In this document: in pieces, positions 32,470-37,115 of the stretch
How the letters are laid out: each line of letters begins with the position of its first letter
How positions within the stretch are numbered: the stretch's first letter is position 1
IMG/VR virus record: IMGVR_UViG_3300019487_000014
Span: 1-37,115 of that record
Length of the DNA: 37,115 bases
From: a virus
Reading direction: 5' to 3' (one strand)
The notes under the pieces: generated by a model
Told to the model about the DNA's origin: nothing
The model's input: the letters and a program-made list of their open reading frames with translations, nothing else
The model's database searches: none
Program-made: the position numbers and the translations under genes

Positions 32470-32641
32470 ATGTCGATCCCTTTTTTGTTGAGCTATAATC
32501 CCCCGTCGTCGCCTCACCTGTTTCAAAATTTACCGAGACTCTCATCGTCGGCATCGAACAGCCGGCAAAAACGAGTAACAGGAACAATGCGCTTTTTCGT
32601 AACATTTGCGCGCCTCTCTTTCGTTCGTTTCTAAAACTCAT
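32372..32641 (-). CDS. Lipoprotein (89 aa; alternative start at 32605 with a GAGG RBS)
   Basis: MLRKSALFLLLVFAGC is a canonical lipoprotein signal with an F-A-G-C lipobox. The 3' 98 nt overlap the next lipoprotein gene in another frame. Confidence 0.65.
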   Translation of the reverse strand: MSFRNERKRGAQMLRKSALFLLLVFAGCSMPTMRVSVNFETGEATTGDYSSTKKGSTYVPDNSGKEIATAVLGAPSPAPTPEPPVLVQP

Positions 32642-32653
32642 CCGCCCCCTATA

Positions 32654-33073
32654 TTACGGTGCGCCGTGCGGTAACACCATCTGAAAAACAGCCGGCGCCG
32701 CCTTTGCTAGTCCAAAGAGCGAAAGAAGGACGAACGCCGCAATTTTCGCGAAAAATTTGTAAGTATCCTTATAGGCGTTGACGTGCTCGACGTACGTCGC
32801 GAGGGGTATATACCCTTCGGCCACTCGTCCGGATTGAGCCTCGAGCAACTTCGCGAGCTGTTTCACAAGATCGTCGCGAAGCCCGCGAATTTCATCCGCG
32901 ATCGCCTCGTTTTGGTGTGCCATCTTCGGAAGATGCTTCGCGTGTTCGCCGAGCGTCGTGAGCGTCGTTTCCATAATTTGCACCTGAGCCATAGTTTTCT
33001 TTGCATTATCCCGATGTTCTCGGAACTCCGCTATGATCGGACATGGGTAAGTGAACACCGGATCGCTACTCAT
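32654..33073 (-). CDS. Tail-anchored membrane protein (139 aa), ejection-protein position
   Basis: Helical with a C-terminal TM segment, FFAKIAAFVLLSLFGLAKAAPAVF. ATGA overlap with the 770-aa gene. Confidence 0.5.
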   Translation of the reverse strand: MSSDPVFTYPCPIIAEFREHRDNAKKTMAQVQIMETTLTTLGEHAKHLPKMAHQNEAIADEIRGLRDDLVKQLAKLLEAQSGRVAEGYIPLATYVEHVNAYKDTYKFFAKIAAFVLLSLFGLAKAAPAVFQMVLPHGAP

Positions 33074-35382
33074 TGCCCTGTTATCCTCTCGATTTGCGTT
33101 TGCGTGTTCTCGGCCATGTTTTTGACCTTCGGACGGAAGTTTCCGCCGGTCTGTTCTTCCTCCGGTGTTCGGTTATAGTTGCCCTGAAGCGTTTGAATGA
33201 AATCGGGGGAGAGCACGGGATCAATCGCATCGCCGAGGATAAGCGCGAGCTGTGAACGCTGTGCAAACGTGAGGTTCCGCTGTTTCTCGACCGCTTTCGA
33301 CATGATGCTTTCGGTGAGTTTGTTGAAAAATGCCGGATACATGTCTTTGACCGCCGCGACGCTGTCCTCGTGCAAAGTTCCTTGTCTCAAATCTTCGAGA
33401 ATCGAGTAAGGATCCATCGCCGCGGCGAGCTTTCGCTCGAAGCCCGAGATCTGATCGTCGGAGAAACGAACCGGCGTCGCTTTGAACGGCGTTCCGGGCG
33501 TCTCGTTTTGCGGGATCTGTGTGCTCAGGTATTGAAGCGCGGTTGTGATCCGCTGGTTCACGACGCTCGACAAGCTCGGGTGAACTCCGTCGAGCCCTTC
33601 AGTTGCCGAGCTCAGCGCGTTCGTTGAAACAGCCGGGTTCGAGGTCGATTCGGTGATGACCTGAGAGAGCTTCTCGACCGCCTTTTGTTTGTCGGGCTCG
33701 TCCTCGTCGAAAAGTTCGGAGATGTATCGCCCGAGAGCGCCCGCCGAGGCCGGCAAAGCTCGAGCCGGAATGTTTTTGATGTTTTGCGGCGTCGCGTCGA
33801 GCCCTTTGTAAAACGCATCGACACCTTTCGCGATCAGCTTGTCTCGATTCTGGATCGCGCCGTTGACACCGGAGAGGAGCTTCGAGGTGATCTGAGCGCC
33901 GAACTCGTGCCGCATGACGTTGAAAAGATACGCTTTCGCCGCTCCCGGTCCGCCGCCCGCCGCCGCGCCCATGATGCCCATTGCGAGATCGGACGGTCGA
34001 ACGAGCTGGTTCCCGAGCTCCGTCGCGATCTTGTTGTTGAGCGGCTCGAGGAGTGCTTTGTAATTTCGATAATTGCGCTTCGCCTCAAGCCACGCCGCGC
34101 GCTTTGCCGGAAAGGAGCGTTCAGCGAACTCGAGGCTCTCGTCGATCGAATTGTCGAGAGTGCGCTCGATGACGGAAGCGATCGTTCGGCCCGGTCGCGG
34201 GAAGCCGCGATCGCTGTAGGCATAATCGCCGATCAGGTTTTTCGCCGCCTGAAGTCGCTGAAAGCGCGGGAAGTTCGGAACGATCTCGCCTTGCTCGACG
34301 GCGTTCAGTAAATTGTTCACGCCGCCATACTTCGCAATCGTGCGGCTCGGAAACATCGTCTTCAGAACTTCCTCGATCGAGTTGTCGTATGCCGTCGTTT
34401 CGGCGGACATTAACTTCCCGACCGGACGCGGAGCGTTCGTTTTAATTTTCTGAAGGAGCTCGATCGGGTCGATAAATTTCTTCCCGGAGCTGTCGATCGA
34501 TTTGAATATCCCGCCGATCTCTTTTCCGGCCGCGCTCTGAAGCGCCTTCACGGCTTGGTACTCGTCCGGCGCATTGCTGAGAATCCCGAAAACGTCTTTT
34601 TCTTTGATGAAGTCGGAGAGATCCTTCGCGCGCTCGAAGCCGCCTTTCATGCTTTTGATCGTCGCTTTGGTAAAGCCGGCCTGTTTCAAATTTTGCCCGA
34701 CTTCGAGATTCTCGAGCGCGCCCTGAATATACTCCTCGCCCTTCTTCAGTCCGCTCACGACGGGCGTTTTTACGGCCGAGAGCACATCGCCGAGAAGGCT
34801 CGCGCTTCCGCCGAGCGCCGCGCCGCCGAGCCCGCCGATGACGAGCGATTCCGCCGCCTCTACGGGATTACCCGCAATTAATTCCGCGGTAGCTTGCGGC
34901 GTCATTACGGCGACGCCCTGAGTCCCGAGGTTTACGGCCTTCTCCGTCGCCGCCGCGAGGCGCGGGCCGACATACCGGGCGGCGGTCGGAGCGACCTTCG
35001 CCGCGGCCGACTCGCCGAGAGCGTTCACGCCGCCCATGAACGGGAGCGTTGCGACGGTGCCGGTCACGCTCGAGGCGGTCGCCGTTTCGGGAAAAGCTTC
35101 CTTTGCCGCCTGAAGGCGCTCATATCGCTCAGGTGAGAACTTTTTCAGGAGAGGGTCAAAGGCTCCGAGGGTCAAAGCGTTTGCAGCAGCGCCAAAGCCC
35201 GCCGCCGCTTGCCCCGTCGGAATGATGCCGTCGTCTTGGCCCATTTCCTGAACGAGCTTTTGATGCTTGATCTCCTCCGGCGAGGCGAGCCGAGCACCTT
35301 GGGAGAGCGCCGCCTCGACGTTCTCCGACGGTATGCTATATGCCGCCCCTTCCCGTGTGAAAATTGGTATTAAATCGGCCAT
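33070..35382 (-). CDS. Large internal virion/ejection-type protein (770 aa)
   Basis: Long, mostly helical ORF with Gly/Ala-rich hydrophobic stretches. TGATG junction with the upstream gene. The function is inferred from size and position. Confidence 0.5.
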   Translation of the reverse strand: MADLIPIFTREGAAYSIPSENVEAALSQGARLASPEEIKHQKLVQEMGQDDGIIPTGQAAAGFGAAANALTLGAFDPLLKKFSPERYERLQAAKEAFPETATASSVTGTVATLPFMGGVNALGESAAAKVAPTAARYVGPRLAAATEKAVNLGTQGVAVMTPQATAELIAGNPVEAAESLVIGGLGGAALGGSASLLGDVLSAVKTPVVSGLKKGEEYIQGALENLEVGQNLKQAGFTKATIKSMKGGFERAKDLSDFIKEKDVFGILSNAPDEYQAVKALQSAAGKEIGGIFKSIDSSGKKFIDPIELLQKIKTNAPRPVGKLMSAETTAYDNSIEEVLKTMFPSRTIAKYGGVNNLLNAVEQGEIVPNFPRFQRLQAAKNLIGDYAYSDRGFPRPGRTIASVIERTLDNSIDESLEFAERSFPAKRAAWLEAKRNYRNYKALLEPLNNKIATELGNQLVRPSDLAMGIMGAAAGGGPGAAKAYLFNVMRHEFGAQITSKLLSGVNGAIQNRDKLIAKGVDAFYKGLDATPQNIKNIPARALPASAGALGRYISELFDEDEPDKQKAVEKLSQVITESTSNPAVSTNALSSATEGLDGVHPSLSSVVNQRITTALQYLSTQIPQNETPGTPFKATPVRFSDDQISGFERKLAAAMDPYSILEDLRQGTLHEDSVAAVKDMYPAFFNKLTESIMSKAVEKQRNLTFAQRSQLALILGDAIDPVLSPDFIQTLQGNYNRTPEEEQTGGNFRPKVKNMAENTQTQIERITGQ

Positions 35383-37115
35383 CAGAACCCCGGTTTTGCT
35401 CCCGCGAGAAAATCCGTGTTTATGCCGGAAGCTTGCGCGCTCCCCTGGTTCAACCGCGTCGCGATCTCATCCTTGTATTGCTGATCGAGCGCGGCGATCG
35501 ACGATTCGAGCTTTGCCTCGGTCGGATTTTTCCCGCCGGGCTTCAAGTCGAGCGCCGTCATCTCGTCGTTCGTCGGAACGCCCATGTCGACGAGCCGCTC
35601 GACTCCGGCATCGAGAGTGCCGAGCTTTAAAAATTGTTTGATGCCGCCCGCGGCTTGCATCCGGTCGGATTCGTAGCTTTTGCGGATCGCCTTCCCCTCG
35701 CTCGAGAGCGGGTTTGATTCCCATACCGCGCCTTCGGCACGGCGGCGCTCGAGCATATTGTTCAGCGCGCGGCGTACAACGAGATAACCGTTTGTGCGGT
35801 CGCGAAGCTCTCGAGCCTCCGGAGCATCGGCCGCGAACCCTCCGGTCGCAACGACGACGGGCTCCTCTTTCACGCTTCCGTCTTTCATCTTCGTCGTGCG
35901 AATCGCGACAACCGGAACGAGCATCGCTTTTTGCTCCGGCGTAAGCTTGCTCGGATCGATTCGGCCGCTCATCACGGCATCGGCGACGCTTTGCTCCGCG
36001 GCCTGTTTTGCGAGCCGCGTTGCGGCGTAGTTTTGCTGAATCGTTGCGATGTTCTTCGCCTTCTCGGCTTCAATTTGTCCGTAAAGGAGCTTCGCGTTCG
36101 CCTGAAGTGCCGGCGCTTTATATTGCGAGGCGAGCTCCTGTAACTTGAGCTGAGCGTTGTTGAGTGCGACCGTTCGAGCCGCGAGCTCGGCGTTTCGTTC
36201 GTCGCCGAATCGAGCGCGCATGTCGTGATAGATCCCGCGCTCAGAGTCGAGCGATTCACGCTTCGTCGCGATGTTGAATTTCTGTTCTTCGATGTCGTTG
36301 TCGATAATCGACTTAATGATCCCGAGAGCCTGATTCGGTGCGTTCACGCCGCCCGCCGCTTGAAGCCCTTGACCGATTCCGCCGAGTGCGATCGAGAGCG
36401 CCGCGAGAATTTTCGTTCCGGTCGAGGAGTTGTGCCAAAAACGCTGAGAGTCGATCTTTTGCGACTGGTAATCGGTGAGCGCGGTTTGAACCTTCTGCAT
36501 CTGAGCATCGATCGCGGCCTGACGATCGCGCTCCTTTTGCGCCTGTTGTTCGGCTTGCGCGGCGAGCTGATCGTTGAGCGTTTTTTGATAGGACGCTTCC
36601 GCCGCCGCTTGTTTGATGCCGACCGCGGCGCCTTCGGCGACCGCCTGTTGTTGTAAACTATAGGCCGCGTCGATGTTGTCGAGGTTCGTCGTCGCGTCGC
36701 GCTTTGCCTTTGCCGGATTTGCGAGCGCGGGAACCTGTTGCTCGGCCGGCACGGGAGCAGCCGTCACCGGAACCGCTTGCGGCGCGGATTGAGTCAATAC
36801 CGGAGCGGGTGTCGGTTGAGGAAGCGGCTGAGGAACGGGCGGCGCGCCCTGAACCGCCGGATTCGTTGCGTAAGGGCTCGCGTCTTCCGGTGCGATGAGA
36901 TGCCCGGTTTCGTCCATGACGATCCCTTCCGGCGTCGGATATTGAACGCCGCCCGGAGTCGGCCCGGCGATACCGTCGACGCGCATCGGCTCACGAGCGA
37001 GCTCGGACATCCAATCGGCCTGAGTGTCAATCGGAGCGGGCGGCGGTGCGGGCTCCGGTGAAGGGAAAAGCGCGGCCGTCTCCGGGGTGATGTATCCGCC
37101 GGAAAGGAGCTGTTC
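35382..37115 (-). CDS. Internal virion/ejection-type protein, body of the wrap-around gene (continues at 168..124)
   Basis: The ORF track gives 542 aa from the ATG at 37010, but the frame is open to the window end. Contains a Pro-rich N-terminus, coiled-coil QQAQKERDRQAAIDAQMQK and a TM-like segment, TKILAALSIALGGIGQGL. Confidence 0.6.
   Translation of the reverse strand, partial: EQLLSGGYITPETAALFPSPEPAPPPAPIDTQADWMSELAREPMRVDGIAGPTPGGVQYPTPEGIVMDETGHLIAPEDASPYATNPAVQGAPPVPQPLPQPTPAPVLTQSAPQAVPVTAAPVPAEQQVPALANPAKAKRDATTNLDNIDAAYSLQQQAVAEGAAVGIKQAAAEASYQKTLNDQLAAQAEQQAQKERDRQAAIDAQMQKVQTALTDYQSQKIDSQRFWHNSSTGTKILAALSIALGGIGQGLQAAGGVNAPNQALGIIKSIIDNDIEEQKFNIATKRESLDSERGIYHDMRARFGDERNAELAARTVALNNAQLKLQELASQYKAPALQANAKLLYGQIEAEKAKNIATIQQNYAATRLAKQAAEQSVADAVMSGRIDPSKLTPEQKAMLVPVVAIRTTKMKDGSVKEEPVVVATGGFAADAPEARELRDRTNGYLVVRRALNNMLERRRAEGAVWESNPLSSEGKAIRKSYESDRMQAAGGIKQFLKLGTLDAGVERLVDMGVPTNDEMTALDLKPGGKNPTEAKLESSIAALDQQYKDEIATRLNQGSAQASGINTDFLAGAKPGF
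36993..37115. repeat. Terminal direct repeat, right copy (identical to 1..123)
   Basis: Same 123 nt as the left end, at an offset of 36992 in ORF-track coordinates. Confidence 0.95.

Noticed and set aside
32134-32641. Interpreting the overlapping gene pair as an Rz/Rz1-type i-spanin/o-spanin pair.
   Set aside because: The upstream product is only 77-89 aa, carries a lipobox rather than a plain N-terminal TM anchor and lacks a coiled-coil periplasmic domain. The pair lies far from the endolysin, inside the virion module. The idea is kept only as a minor alternative.
36955-36965. An apparent extra base at the 36960/36961 line break (I read gagtc|cggccc). It would frameshift the 542-aa ORF and make the printed block 37,116 nt.
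   Set aside because: The supplied ORF track reads through this point in frame and the stated length is 37,115. I attribute the discrepancy to my hand count or reading of the printed lines, not to a real frameshift or pseudogene. Coordinates right of about 36,960 carry +/-1 nt uncertainty.

Overview
The window is a complete, GC-rich tailed-phage genome of about 37 kb, linearised inside a gene. Bases 1-123 recur exactly at 36993-37115, giving a unit length of 36,992 bp. The virion module looks podovirus-like (P22/T7-style order). I saw no tape-measure or sheath genes.

Two transcription arms diverge from a repeat-rich control region at about 17.45-17.62 kb.
- The rightward (+) early arm runs 17.6-29.3 kb. 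It carries a very acidic first gene, a RecE-like PD-(D/E)XK exonuclease with a putative annealase, and a DUF4373 replication initiator that contains an iteron cluster and twin G8 tracts. It also carries RHH and winged-helix regulators, a MazG-like protein, a DUF1064 nuclease and a chain of small ORFs coupled by ATGA overlaps.
- The leftward (-) arm runs 17.4 kb -> 1 -> 37.1 kb -> 29.3 kb. In order it encodes an M15/LAS peptidase (endolysin), a small ORF plus GNAT, the large terminase, portal, scaffold and capsid. Next come an adaptor, a collar/HxH tail fibre, a 993-aa tail protein and a second GNAT. It ends with a coiled-coil fibre carrying an S74 chaperone domain, large ejection-type proteins, two overlapping lipoprotein genes and receptor-binding-type proteins.
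- The arms converge and overlap at 29330-29340.

I recognised no integrase, CI-type repressor, DNA or RNA polymerase, tRNA, CRISPR array, reverse transcriptase or transposase.

The most interesting items are:
- overlapping lipoprotein genes directly upstream of the putative receptor-binding genes, possibly Llp/Cor-like receptor blockers;
- a GNAT translationally coupled into the ejection-protein module;
- a second GNAT with an overlapping small upstream ORF beside the terminase;
- a putative origin inside the initiator gene;
- a structured 170-nt leader with mutually exclusive hairpins between the endolysin and packaging genes;
- operator-like repeats in the divergent control region.

All family assignments come from motif recognition by eye and no database search was run. 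Coordinates follow the supplied ORF track. My hand count of the printed lines drifts by +1 nt after about 36,960.
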